From Coriobacteriaceae bacterium (GTDB lineage Bacteria; Actinomycetota; Coriobacteriia; Anaerosomatales; D1FN1-002): DNA of 36,633 bases. The translations under genes were made by a program, and so were the position numbers. The notes under the pieces are model-generated. The model was not told the origin of the DNA and made no database searches. It saw nothing but the letters and a program-made list of their open reading frames with translations. Within the stretch, counting starts at the first letter, position 1. Every line of letters begins with the position of its first letter. The stretch covers positions 1 to 36,633 of the forward strand of contig PNNM01000003.1 of assembly GCA_013824215.1 (NCBI GenBank). The letters run 5' to 3'. This document shows positions 1-9,803 of this stretch, one piece after another.

Positions 1-42
1 CCACGGTGCCACACAGCCCGGCCCCGATCGTCCGCTATCCGC

Positions 43-59
43 GCGTCGGGACCCGACGC
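43..59 (-). terminator. Short GC-rich hairpin just after the stop of the truncated GXGXG gene copy
   Basis: GCGTCGGG-A-CCCGACGC inverted repeat; no clear U-tract. Confidence 0.35.
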
Positions 60-60
60 T

Positions 61-449
61 TCAGTACGCGTACAGCTTGCCGTAGGGGCGGTGGCTCACC
101 GGGACGAGCTTGGTGAACGGCTTCGACAGCACCTCGGCGCAGTCCATGCCGAGAGCCGCGCAGTACTCCTCGAGCACCGGCTTCAGCTCGGCCAGGTCCT
201 CGGCGGAGGCCTCGAACACGCCGACCTCCTTGCCGGTCTGCCAGGGCTCCACCTCGCCGCGCACGTAGATGACGCCGCCGTGCATGCCGGTGCCGAGGTA
301 GCCGCCCACCAGCAGCCCCTCGAACTGGCTGTTCATGCCGAGCAGCACGAGCATCCCTCCGGCCATGTACTCGCCGAAGAAGTCGCGCGCCTTGCCGCCG
401 CAGACCATGGCGGGCACGAGGCCCTCGTACGCCTTCATGTGGATGCCGA
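61..449 (-). pseudogene. 5'-truncated copy (C-terminal ~128 codons) of the glutamate synthase GXGXG-domain subunit gene
   Basis: Translation GIHMKAYEG...YGKLYAY is nearly identical to the C-terminus of 7451..8272; homology stops at 449 and the upstream part of ORF 61..717 is unrelated. Confidence 0.8.
64..449. repeat. Left copy of ~386-bp imperfect direct repeat (partner 7457..7842)
   Basis: Manual alignment at offset 7393: about 32 mismatches (~92% identity), no indels. Confidence 0.95.
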
Positions 450-653
450 TGTTGCCGATACCTCCCTTGAAGTCCTCGCCGCGAGCGCGTGCCTCCGGTC
501 GCGCCTCGGTCTCGACGGATCCCTCGGCGACGAGGCGGACACGAACCGAGATTCGCCGGCAGGCGCCTTGCGATCCCCATGGACATGTTCCGGCGCAACA
601 GCGCTTGGGCATAAGTTCCAGCAGGGCGGCCAGGATGCGAAAGGCGGCCGAAG

Positions 654-3065
654 GTGGTTCCAACCGGTCAGACCTCCGCGGCGAGGTCACGTGGACCCGA
701 TTCGTCGGGAGTCGCACAACACCTCGGGATCGGCGCTGATCCGGCGACCCATGCGGGTCGAGCGCGCCGGGTCGCGGGCGCCGCTGCGATCCTGGTGGCG
801 TGTGTCGGCGTCGTCGTCATGGCCGGTTGGGCCGCGGACGTCCCCGCGCTCACGGCCGTGCTGCCGGACGCCGCTCCCATGAAGCCGATCACGGCGCTCG
901 GGTTCGTTCTCGCGGGTGTCGCCCTGGGCATGCTGGTCCTGCCACGACCCAACCGCTTCACGCGGCTCACCGCCGCGGTCTGCGCGTCGGTCGTGATAAC
1001 GATAGGCGGCATGGTGGTCGTGGAGTACGTTCTCGACCGCGAGTTCGGGATCTGCACAGCCCTCGTCAGGCTGCTCGCATCCGGCGCGGCTTCCGACCTC
1101 GGACAGATGGCGCCCACGACGGCCGTCTGCTTCGTGCTGCTCGGAGTCGCGCTGCTATTACTCGCGTTCGAGCGGCGCCCGCACCTCGCACAGTCCTTGG
1201 CACTGACCGCGTGGCTGGTCGCGGCCACTGCTGCGCTCGGCTACCTATACGTCCAGGAGACGCTGTATCGCGTCGGGCTCTACACCCCGATGGCGGTGCA
1301 TACCGCAGTCGCATTCTTCGTGCTCGCTTCCGGCATCCTGACAGCGCGAGCGGACGTCGGATGGATGGCGTTCCTCACAGGCGACCGTGCAGGAAGTGAC
1401 ATAGCGCGCCGGATCCTTCCGATCATCATCGTCTTCCCCGTGGTCGTCGGCTGGCTCAGGTTGCTGACCGAGCGTGCCGGCCACATCGACACCGCATTCG
1501 GCGTCGCGCTGACGGCCACTGCGAGCGCGACTTCGATGTCCGTCTTCGTTCTTGTCATAGCTAGTCGGCTGAACGCCGCAGACAGCGTGAGACTCGCAGC
1601 CGAGCAGTCCAGCGCCCGGCTGGCAAACATCGTCGAGGCCTCCGACGACGCCATCATCAGTGTGGCGCGCGATCACACGATCGCGAGCTGGAACCCTGGA
1701 GGCGAACGCATCTACGGCTACGCCGCGAACGAGGTGATCGGGCGACCGTTCTCGATGCTGGTCTCCCCGGAGTTGCGAGAGGACGCTGCGTCCGTTCTGG
1801 ATCGCACCCTGGCCGAGGATCAAGTGCAGCACCTTCGAAGGACGCACATGGCCAAGGATGGCCGGCTCTTCACCGCTGACGTCACGTTGTCGCCGATCCG
1901 TGACGCTTCGGGCGCGATCATCGGCCTGTCCGACGTCGTTCGCGACGTCACCCGGGAGGTGCAGTCGCAAGAGGATCTGCGCCGGCGCGAGGAAGCGCTG
2001 GACGCCTTCTTCACGACAAGCCTCGACCTCCTGTGCATCGCGGACACCGGCGGCCGCTTCCTCAGAGTGAATCCCGAGTGGGAGCGCGTCCTCGGATACC
2101 CCGTAGCGGAACTGGAAGGTGGTGTGTTCCTCGACTACGTCCACCCCGACGACATCGCCGCAACCCTCGAGGCCATAGGCAGGCTTTCCGACCAGCAGAA
2201 TGTGGCCGAGTTCGTGAACCGCTACCGGGCCAAGGACGGGTCCTATCGCTACATCGAATGGAGATCGCATCCGGTCGGCGACTTCATCTATGCGGCCGCG
2301 CGTGACATCACCGAACGCAAGGCCGCCGAGTCGGCGCTCAACGAAGCCAACAAGGAGCTGGAGTCCTTCTCGTACTCGGTGTCCCACGACCTCCGCGCCC
2401 CGCTGCGCCACATCTCCGGGTTCGTGGACCTGCTCGAGCAGAGCTCGGCCGGCTGCCTCGACGAGCGCAGCCAGCACTACCTGACCACGATCGCCGAGTC
2501 CGCGCACGACATGGGCGACCTCATCGACGGCCTGCTGACGCTCTCCCGCATGGGCCGCGCAGCACTGAGCATGGAACGGCTGGACCTCGATGGCATGGTC
2601 CGGGAGTACATCGAGAACGTGGACGATGACACGAAGCGACGCGGCATCGAGTGGGTCGTCGGGGAGTTGCCCGCGGTGCGTGCGGACCGGGCCATGATGC
2701 GTCAGGTGCTCTCGAACCTGCTCGGGAACGCCGTCAAGTACACCGGCCCACGCAAGAGGCCGCGCATCGAAGTGGGAACGTATCCGGAGGAAGGCGGGGT
2801 CGCGGTCTTCGTGCGGGACAACGGTGTCGGATTCGACATGGCGTACGCGGACAAACTGTTCGGCGTCTTCCAGCGGCTGCATGACGCCACGGAGTTCGAA
2901 GGCACCGGGATCGGTCTTGCCAACGTGCGGCGCGTGATCAGCCGTCACGGTGGACGAACGTGGGCGGAAGGGGCCGTCGATCAGGGGGCGACGTTCTTCT
3001 TCTCGTTGCCGAACAGGGTCGCGGATCCAGGCCCCGAGGACCATGATGAGGTGGGGAAGTCATGA
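654..3065 (+). CDS. Membrane-bound sensor histidine kinase with two PAS domains (Cph1-like kinase core)
   Basis: Multiple N-terminal TM segments, two PAS domains (SWNPGGERIYGY; VNPEWERVLGY), H-box FSYSVSHDLRAPLRHI, N/G boxes NAVKY, DNGVGF, GTGIGL; start codon uncertain. Confidence 0.9.
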   Translation: MVPTGQTSAARSRGPDSSGVAQHLGIGADPATHAGRARRVAGAAAILVACVGVVVMAGWAADVPALTAVLPDAAPMKPITALGFVLAGVALGMLVLPRPNRFTRLTAAVCASVVITIGGMVVVEYVLDREFGICTALVRLLASGAASDLGQMAPTTAVCFVLLGVALLLLAFERRPHLAQSLALTAWLVAATAALGYLYVQETLYRVGLYTPMAVHTAVAFFVLASGILTARADVGWMAFLTGDRAGSDIARRILPIIIVFPVVVGWLRLLTERAGHIDTAFGVALTATASATSMSVFVLVIASRLNAADSVRLAAEQSSARLANIVEASDDAIISVARDHTIASWNPGGERIYGYAANEVIGRPFSMLVSPELREDAASVLDRTLAEDQVQHLRRTHMAKDGRLFTADVTLSPIRDASGAIIGLSDVVRDVTREVQSQEDLRRREEALDAFFTTSLDLLCIADTGGRFLRVNPEWERVLGYPVAELEGGVFLDYVHPDDIAATLEAIGRLSDQQNVAEFVNRYRAKDGSYRYIEWRSHPVGDFIYAAARDITERKAAESALNEANKELESFSYSVSHDLRAPLRHISGFVDLLEQSSAGCLDERSQHYLTTIAESAHDMGDLIDGLLTLSRMGRAALSMERLDLDGMVREYIENVDDDTKRRGIEWVVGELPAVRADRAMMRQVLSNLLGNAVKYTGPRKRPRIEVGTYPEEGGVAVFVRDNGVGFDMAYADKLFGVFQRLHDATEFEGTGIGLANVRRVISRHGGRTWAEGAVDQGATFFFSLPNRVADPGPEDHDEVGKS

Positions 3066-3511
3066 TGAGAGAGATTGGAACGCTCCTCCTCGCGGAGGAC
3101 AACCCCAAGGATGCGGAACTCACGCTGATGGCGCTGGAGAAACACAACCTCGCCAACAAGGTGCTGTGGGTACACGACGGCGAAGCGGTCCTCGACTACA
3201 TGTGCCGGCGTGGCGAGTTCGCGGATCGCCCGAACGGCAACCCAGCCGTCATCCTGCTGGATCTCAAGATGGCGAAGGTCGATGGCATGGAAGTCCTGCG
3301 CGCGATAAGGAGCGACCCGAGCCTCCGTACGACGCCGGTCGTCATCCTCACATCCTCCCGCGAGGAGCGCGACCTGGTCGAGAGCTACTCACTCGGCGTG
3401 AACGCGTATGTCGTCAAACCGGTGAAGTTCGACGAGTTCTTCGAGGCGGTCGGCCAACTCGGAGTGTTCTGGGCGATAACAAACGAGCCGCCGCCCGACA
3501 CCGCGCGATGA
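3062..3511 (+). CDS. Single-domain response regulator (Rcp1-like)
   Basis: LLAEDNPKD, ILLDLKM, ILTSS, YVVKP; 4-nt overlap with the kinase. Confidence 0.92.
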   Translation: MMREIGTLLLAEDNPKDAELTLMALEKHNLANKVLWVHDGEAVLDYMCRRGEFADRPNGNPAVILLDLKMAKVDGMEVLRAIRSDPSLRTTPVVILTSSREERDLVESYSLGVNAYVVKPVKFDEFFEAVGQLGVFWAITNEPPPDTAR

Positions 3512-3527
3512 TCGCGAGGAGCGTTCG

Positions 3528-5954
3528 ATGGCGCGACTGAGGATCCTGCATCTCGATGACGACCTGAAGGACCTGGAGTTGATCGGGGCGGCCCTCGCGG
3601 CCGAGATCGACTGCGAGATCGAAGCCGTCAGTACCCGCGAAGCCTTCTCGGCGGCACTGGCGCGAGGCCCTTTCGAGGTCATCCTCCTCGACTACAAGGT
3701 GCCGGGATTCGATGCCCTGGCTGCGCTCGAGCTTGCACGCGAACGGTTCCCCGACACCGCGGCGATCATCGTTTCCGGCACCATCGGCGAAGAGCTCGCA
3801 GTGGAGACCGTCAAGCACGGGGCCTACGACTACATCTTGAAGGACCACCTCGCCCGCCTGCCCTCCGCCGTCCTTCATGCCGTCGAGGACAGCCGCATGC
3901 GGACAGCCCACCTGGATGCTCTGGAGCGACTGCGCGTCAGCGAGGAGCGATTCCGGAATCTGATCGAACACCTGCCTGCTGTGACGTACACGGCGCCCAT
4001 CGCCGACCCCGAGGAACCGGGCGCACTCCCTCCGACTGTGGCCACGTACGTCAGCCCGCAATTCCTCGATCTCGTCGGGATACCGGCCGAGGAGTACCTT
4101 GCAGATCCCCGCCCCATCACCCAGTACGTACACCCGGATGACCGCGATCGGGTGATGCGTGAGATCACGCAAGCCTGGGAGGGACGGCAGCGGAGAGTCG
4201 TTGTCGAGTATCGCCTGTCCCACCGCGACGGGAGGAGCATCTGGGTGCGCAATCAGGCGAGCGTCTTCACCGACCCCGCCGACGGCTCGATGCAGATCCA
4301 AGGGTTCATCGTCGACATCACCGAGACCAAGAACGCCCAGGAGGAGCTGCGCCAGGCTTATGACGAAATGGAGTTCCGGGTGCTGTCGCGGACAGCCGAA
4401 CTCGCCACGGTCAACGAATCGCTCTCAAACGAGGTGACGGAACGCCGCTTCGCCGAGGCTCGACTGGATCGAGCACTGATGTACGCGCCGCTCCCGATGA
4501 TGTTGCATGCCGAGGATGGCTGCGTCCTGCTGCTCAACAAGCGCTGGACGAAGATCACGGGGTATTCGCCCGCCGACATCCCGACGATCGCGGACTGGAC
4601 CGAGAAAGCCTACGGCCAGCGCAAGGATCTGGTCCGCTCCTACATCGATCATGTCTACGACATCCGCGACGCCACCGACGAGGGAGAGGACACGATCACG
4701 ACGCACGACGGCGTCTCCAGGATATGGGACTTCAGCTCCGCACCGCTCGGTCGGGACTCGAGCGGGCGGAAGCTCGTGATCACCATGGCGATGGATGTCA
4801 CCGAACGCGCGCAGGCCGAGCGAGATCTCGCCTCGGCAAGAGAAGCGGCCGAATCCGCCAGTGTGGCCAAGACGCACTTCCTCGCGAACATGAGCCACGA
4901 GTTGCGCACGCCGCTGGGTACCATCATCGGGTTCTCGCAACTGCTCCAGGAGAAGCTCTTCGGGGACCTGAATCCGAAACAGGAGGAGCAGGTCAACCAC
5001 GTCCTGGAAGCCGCGCGGCACCTGTTGTCTTTGATCAACGACATCCTCGATCTGTCCAAGATCGAAGCCGGCAAGATGGAACTGAAGCTCTCGGAGTTGC
5101 CGCTTGCGAATCTGCTCGCGGGCAGTCTCAGCATGCTCAAGGGACAGTGTCTCAAGAAGGGCGTAACGCTGGATCTCGTGCTCGAGCCGGAGGCGCAGGC
5201 GATCATGCTCACGGCCGACGAGCGGATGCTGAAACAGGTGATGTACAACCTCCTTTCCAACGCGACGAAGTTCACTCCGCGCGATGGGACCATCACGGTC
5301 AGCGCGAGAACCGACGGCGACCAGGTCGTGGTCTCCGTCGCCGACACCGGGATCGGGATCGCACCCGAGAAGCAACAGACCGTCTTCGAGGAGTTCTACC
5401 AAGTCCAGAGCGGGTATTCGGAGAAGACGCCCGGAACGGGACTCGGCCTGACGCTCGTCGCACAGATGGTGGACATCCACGGAGGCCGCGTGTGGGTGGA
5501 GAGCGAGGGCATCGGGAAGGGCAGCACGTTCTCCTTCGCCCTCCCGCTGACAGGGCCAGTCGAACCCGGGAGTTGGCCGCCGGCGGAACCGTCGTCTCCC
5601 GAAGAGCTGCAGGGTCTCATCGACACATTGCTGTCCCGCCGGGAGCAGGCGTGCCTGTGCTGGATCGAGCCCAACGTCGAGTTATCCGGGCCGACGAACC
5701 ACGAGGCCGTGTTGCAGTCGCTGCACTCCGCCAAGCGTGAGGACGACGTCGTCTTGCTGGACGACGACAACAGGTACGTGCTGGTCTTCACCAACGCCGA
5801 TCGAGAGCGCGCCAAGGCGGGATGCCGCAGGATCGCCGAGCTTCTGGAATCGAGTCTGGCCGTGTCTTGGCGCTGGGCGGCGGCGGTGTTCCCGGACGAC
5901 GGACAGGATTCCGGCACGTTGCTCGACGTCCTGAAGAGCAGGATCGGCGGCTAG
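3528..5954 (+). CDS. Hybrid kinase REC-PAS-PAS-HisKA-HATPase with C-terminal degenerate GGDEF-like domain
   Basis: LHLDDD/ILLDY receiver, FLANMSHELRTPL, NATKF, DTGIGI, GTGLGL; tail REDDVVLLDDDNRY...AVFPDDG; AGGAG RBS. Confidence 0.9.
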   Translation: MARLRILHLDDDLKDLELIGAALAAEIDCEIEAVSTREAFSAALARGPFEVILLDYKVPGFDALAALELARERFPDTAAIIVSGTIGEELAVETVKHGAYDYILKDHLARLPSAVLHAVEDSRMRTAHLDALERLRVSEERFRNLIEHLPAVTYTAPIADPEEPGALPPTVATYVSPQFLDLVGIPAEEYLADPRPITQYVHPDDRDRVMREITQAWEGRQRRVVVEYRLSHRDGRSIWVRNQASVFTDPADGSMQIQGFIVDITETKNAQEELRQAYDEMEFRVLSRTAELATVNESLSNEVTERRFAEARLDRALMYAPLPMMLHAEDGCVLLLNKRWTKITGYSPADIPTIADWTEKAYGQRKDLVRSYIDHVYDIRDATDEGEDTITTHDGVSRIWDFSSAPLGRDSSGRKLVITMAMDVTERAQAERDLASAREAAESASVAKTHFLANMSHELRTPLGTIIGFSQLLQEKLFGDLNPKQEEQVNHVLEAARHLLSLINDILDLSKIEAGKMELKLSELPLANLLAGSLSMLKGQCLKKGVTLDLVLEPEAQAIMLTADERMLKQVMYNLLSNATKFTPRDGTITVSARTDGDQVVVSVADTGIGIAPEKQQTVFEEFYQVQSGYSEKTPGTGLGLTLVAQMVDIHGGRVWVESEGIGKGSTFSFALPLTGPVEPGSWPPAEPSSPEELQGLIDTLLSRREQACLCWIEPNVELSGPTNHEAVLQSLHSAKREDDVVLLDDDNRYVLVFTNADRERAKAGCRRIAELLESSLAVSWRWAAAVFPDDGQDSGTLLDVLKSRIGG

Positions 5955-5956
5955 CC

Positions 5957-6346
5957 GTGGGCACCATACTGATCGTTGATGACGACCCGACCTACCGCGA
6001 GCTGTTCCGCGACATCCTTCAGAGCGAGGGCCACACGGCCGTGACCGCGGAGAACGGCGCACGCGCGATCGAACTGGCCTCTTCCGCGACGCCCGACCTC
6101 ATCTTGATGGACGTCCAGATGGCACAGATGGGCGGGATCGAAGCGCTGGTCGCTCTGAGACAGAACCCTGTCACTTCCGCCATTCGCGTCATCGCGGTCA
6201 CCGCCCTGGCGATGGAAGGCGATGAGGAACGGCTCCTCGCGGCCGGATTCGATGACTACATATCCAAACCAGTCGACCTCGACGCCATTCGCGCAGTGGT
6301 GCGCTGTCATGCCCCTCTCGCTCGAGACGGGAAGACCAGCCCGTGA
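5957..6346 (+). CDS. Single-domain response regulator (DivK/CheY-like)
   Basis: GTG start 2 nt after upstream stop; ILIVDDD, ILMDVQM, AVTALAM, YISKP. Confidence 0.9.
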   Translation: MGTILIVDDDPTYRELFRDILQSEGHTAVTAENGARAIELASSATPDLILMDVQMAQMGGIEALVALRQNPVTSAIRVIAVTALAMEGDEERLLAAGFDDYISKPVDLDAIRAVVRCHAPLARDGKTSP

Positions 6347-7416
6347 CGACAGACCGCTCCAGGATCCTCGTCGTCGATGATGACGAGCGCCTGCGCGCGA
6401 ATCTCGAGGCGAGACTGGGCGCGATGGGTCACGAAGTCCTCGTCGCGGCCGACGGGGAGGAGGCGATAGCCGCCGCCCGACGGGAGATGCCGGATCTCAT
6501 CCTGCTCGACGTGATGATGCCGAAGCTCGACGGGTTCTCGGCCGCTCGCGCGCTCAAGATCTCGCCGGAAACGAATCACATCCCGATCGTCATGGTGACG
6601 GCGTTGGGCGAGGTCGAAGACCGCGTGCGGGCGCTGGAGGCCGGCGCCGACGACTTCCTCACCAAGCCCGTGGACCCCACGGAGCTGCGGGCGCGGGTGC
6701 AGTCGCTCCTCAAGGTGAAGGCGTACAACGACCACATTCGCCACCACCAGAAGGAACTCGAGGCGGCGGTCGCCGAGAAGACCAAGAATCTCCAGTTGGC
6801 GCTCGACCACCTCGAGGCGGCATCTCTCGACACCATCTACCGCCTCTCCCGTGCGGCCGAGTACAGGGACGACGATACCGGGGCGCACGTCGAGCGAGTG
6901 AGCCACTACGCCGCAGCCGTTGCGCGTCGGATGGGACAGCCCGCCACGTTCAACGACATGCTCCTGTGGGCGACGCCCATGCACGACGTCGGCAAGATCG
7001 GCATCCCGGACAACATACTGCTGAAGCCGGGAAAGCTGGACCCGGATGAGTGGCGCACCATGCAGACGCACGCCGAGATAGGCGCCAGTATGCTCTCGGG
7101 CTCCGATTCAGCACTTCTGCGGCTGGCCGAGACCGTGGCGAGGACCCACCATGAGCGGTGGGACGGCGCCGGCTATCCTGACGGTCTCGCAGGAGAAGCG
7201 ATACCTCTGGCCGGGCGCATCGCCGCGGTGGCGGACGTCTTCGACGCGATATGCTCGAAGCGGCCGTACAAGGAAGCGATCCCGCCTGAAGACGCATTCG
7301 ACATCATCGCGTCCGAGAGCGGCAACCACTTCGACCCGCAGGTGGCCGACACCTTCGCCGCCGCTCGAGACGAGATCATGGACATACTGCGCCGATTCGG
7401 CGCGCAGACCGCCTGA
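6343..7416 (+). CDS. Response regulator with HD-GYP phosphodiesterase domain (RpfG-like)
   Basis: REC domain, then TGAHVERV, HDVGKIG, HHERWDGAGYP, ADVFDA, RPYK. Confidence 0.93.
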   Translation: MTTDRSRILVVDDDERLRANLEARLGAMGHEVLVAADGEEAIAAARREMPDLILLDVMMPKLDGFSAARALKISPETNHIPIVMVTALGEVEDRVRALEAGADDFLTKPVDPTELRARVQSLLKVKAYNDHIRHHQKELEAAVAEKTKNLQLALDHLEAASLDTIYRLSRAAEYRDDDTGAHVERVSHYAAAVARRMGQPATFNDMLLWATPMHDVGKIGIPDNILLKPGKLDPDEWRTMQTHAEIGASMLSGSDSALLRLAETVARTHHERWDGAGYPDGLAGEAIPLAGRIAAVADVFDAICSKRPYKEAIPPEDAFDIIASESGNHFDPQVADTFAAARDEIMDILRRFGAQTA

Positions 7417-7450
7417 GACGCTCCCGCGCAGCCACTCTCCGAAGTCCCGC

Positions 7451-8272
7451 CTACGTATACGCGTAGAGCTTCCCGTAGGGCCGGTGGCTGACCGGCACCA
7501 GCTTCGTGAACGGCACCGAGAGCACCTCGGCCAGGTCCATCCCCTGCGCCGCGCAGTACTCCTCGAGAACCGGCTTCAGCTCGGCCATGTCCTCGGCGGA
7601 GGCCTCGAAGACGCCGACCTCCTTGCCGGTCTGCCATGGCTCCACCTCGCCGCGGACGTAGATCACGCCGCCGTGCATGCCGGTGCCGAGGTAGCCGCCC
7701 ACCAGCGGCCCCTCGAACTGGCTGTTCATGCCGAGTAGCACGAGCATGCCGCCGGCCATGTACTCGCCGAAGAAGTCGCGCGCTTTGCCGCCGCACACCA
7801 TGGCGGGCACGAGACCCTCGTAAGCCTTCATGTGGATGCCGACGCGGTAGCCCACGTCGCCTTTGATGAAGACCCGGCCGCCGCGCATGCCGTAGCCGAG
7901 CACGTCGCCGGCGTCGCCGTGCACGATGACGGTGCCGGCGTTCATCGTGTTGCTCACACCGTCCTGCGCGTTGCCGAAGACCTCGACGGTGGGCCCGTTC
8001 ATGAACATCGCCATGTCGTTGCCGGCGGTGCCGCGGACCTCGATCTTGAGGTCCTTGCCGGTGATCCCGTTGCCGATGTAGCGCTGGCCGTTGACGTTCT
8101 CGAGCACCACCTTCTTGGCGCCGTCGGCGTACGCGCGGCGGACGGCCTCGTTCAGTTGCCGGTAGTAGATGTTCTTGGCATCGATGGTCGCCGTGTCCCC
8201 CTCGCGGGCGACCGGCGGCTCGATCTTGAGGTAGCCGACCTGCGGAACCGTGGGATCCATGACCTGCTTCAT
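7451..8272 (-). CDS. Glutamate synthase GXGXG beta-helix subunit (GltB domain 3 / GlxC-like)
   Basis: Repeated G-x-x-G-x-x-x-G-x-x-M-x-x-G turns (GQRYIG, GDAGDVLGYGMRGG, GEYMAGG); GGAGG RBS. Confidence 0.9.
   Translation of the reverse strand: MKQVMDPTVPQVGYLKIEPPVAREGDTATIDAKNIYYRQLNEAVRRAYADGAKKVVLENVNGQRYIGNGITGKDLKIEVRGTAGNDMAMFMNGPTVEVFGNAQDGVSNTMNAGTVIVHGDAGDVLGYGMRGGRVFIKGDVGYRVGIHMKAYEGLVPAMVCGGKARDFFGEYMAGGMLVLLGMNSQFEGPLVGGYLGTGMHGGVIYVRGEVEPWQTGKEVGVFEASAEDMAELKPVLEEYCAAQGMDLAEVLSVPFTKLVPVSHRPYGKLYAYT
7457..7842. repeat. Right copy of ~386-bp direct repeat (inside the intact GXGXG gene)
   Basis: Matches 64..449. Confidence 0.95.
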
Positions 8273-8289
8273 CTCGCCCTCCCCCTCCC

Positions 8290-9801
8290 CTACATACCCG
8301 CGGGCTTGACGCCCAGGATCCGGCAGGTCTGCTCATCGAGGCCGATGGCCCGCAGGCGCTCGCGCGAGCCGCGCAGAGACTCGACCGCGTTGACGCCGAG
8401 CGCGCCCAGGATCTCCTGCACCTCGTGGCTCCACGCGGAGACGAGGTTGACCAGCCGCTCGGCGCCCCACTCGGGATCGACGCGGCGGGTCAGTTCCGGC
8501 TTCTGCGTGGTGAGCCCCCACGAGCAGCAGCCGGTGTGACAGCCCTGGCACATGTGACAGCCGAGCGCCATCAGAGTCGCGCTGCCGATCGCCACCACGT
8601 CGGCGCCGAGCGCGATGGCCTTGGCCACGTCCGCCGAGGAGCGGATGGAGCCGGCCGCGATGATCGAGGCCTGGTTCCGGATGCCCTCGTCGCGGAGGCG
8701 CTGGTCCACCACGGCCACGGCGATCTCCACCGGGATGCCGATGTTGTCGCGGATGACCTGGGGCGCAGCGCCCGTGCCGCCTCGGAATCCGTCGAGGTAG
8801 ACGTAGTCTGCGCCCGCGCGCACGATGCCGCTCGCGATGGCGGCCACGTTGTGCACGGCCGCGATCTTCACGCCCACCGGCTTGTAGCCGGAGGCCTCTT
8901 TCAGCGAGTAGATGAGCTGGCGCAGGTCCTCGATGGAGTAGATGTCGTGGTGCGGCGCCGGCGAGATGGCGTCGGTGCCCTGCGGGATCATGCGCGTGGA
9001 GGAGACCTGCCGGTCGATCTTCTCGCCGGGCAGGTGCCCGCCGATGCCGGGCTTCGCGCCCTGGCCGACCTTGATCTCGATCGCGGCACCGCGGTTCAGG
9101 TACTCGGGATCCACTCCGAAGCGGCCCGAGGCGACCTGCACGATGACGTTGCCGGCATACGGGTAGAGGTCGGCGTGCAGCCCGCCCTCGCCGGTGTTCA
9201 TCAGAGTGCCGAGGCGCGTGGCCGCCATCGCCAGCGACTTGTGGACGTTCAGCGACACCGAACCGTAGCTCATCGGCGAGAAGATGATCGGCGTCGCCAG
9301 CTCGACGTTGTTGGTCATGCCGGCACCCTCGGCGAGCCGATAGCCTCCGTCGCCGTCGGACTCCACCGACACCGAGTCGGGCTTGCGGCCGAGGTAGGTC
9401 CGCAGCTCCATCGGCTCGCGCAGCGGGTCGATCGACGGGTTCGTGACCTGGCAGGCGTCGAGCACGAGGTGGTCGAAGATGCTCTGGTACGGCTTGTCGT
9501 TGCCCATGCCGGTCAGGAGCACGCCGCCGGTCTCGGCCTGCTTCCAGATCGACTTGCGCGCCGCATCGGACCAGTTGTCGTTGGTCTTCATGGCCAGGTC
9601 GTTCTTCTTGATGGTGATGCAGTGCGCCGGGCAGTACGTCACGCAGCGGTGGCACGCGCGGCACTTCGCGTCATCGGGCAGCGGGCGCTCGTTGAAGGCG
9701 TAGACGCCCCACCCGCACTGCTGAACACAGCGCCCGCACTTGTGGCACTTGTCGTAGTCGATGTCGACCTTGAACTCGGGCTGTATCAGTGTCTGCGGCA
9801 T
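8290..9801 (-). CDS. Glutamate synthase FMN-binding subunit with N-terminal 2[4Fe-4S] ferredoxin (archaeal-type GltB2 / GlxD-like)
   Basis: CHKCGRCVQQC and CRACHRCVTYC; MSYGS, NTGEGG, QVASGRFG, EIKVGQGAKPGIGGHLPGEK, PHHDIYSIEDL; C-terminal Cys cluster; start at MPQTLIQ. Confidence 0.93.
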   Translation of the reverse strand: MPQTLIQPEFKVDIDYDKCHKCGRCVQQCGWGVYAFNERPLPDDAKCRACHRCVTYCPAHCITIKKNDLAMKTNDNWSDAARKSIWKQAETGGVLLTGMGNDKPYQSIFDHLVLDACQVTNPSIDPLREPMELRTYLGRKPDSVSVESDGDGGYRLAEGAGMTNNVELATPIIFSPMSYGSVSLNVHKSLAMAATRLGTLMNTGEGGLHADLYPYAGNVIVQVASGRFGVDPEYLNRGAAIEIKVGQGAKPGIGGHLPGEKIDRQVSSTRMIPQGTDAISPAPHHDIYSIEDLRQLIYSLKEASGYKPVGVKIAAVHNVAAIASGIVRAGADYVYLDGFRGGTGAAPQVIRDNIGIPVEIAVAVVDQRLRDEGIRNQASIIAAGSIRSSADVAKAIALGADVVAIGSATLMALGCHMCQGCHTGCCSWGLTTQKPELTRRVDPEWGAERLVNLVSAWSHEVQEILGALGVNAVESLRGSRERLRAIGLDEQTCRILGVKPAGM

Positions 9802-9803
9802 GG

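Noticed and set aside
450-717. N-terminal extension making ORF 61..717 a full 218-aa gene
   Set aside because: Upstream of 449 there is no similarity to the intact paralogue, and it overlaps the divergent kinase start; treated as a truncated copy
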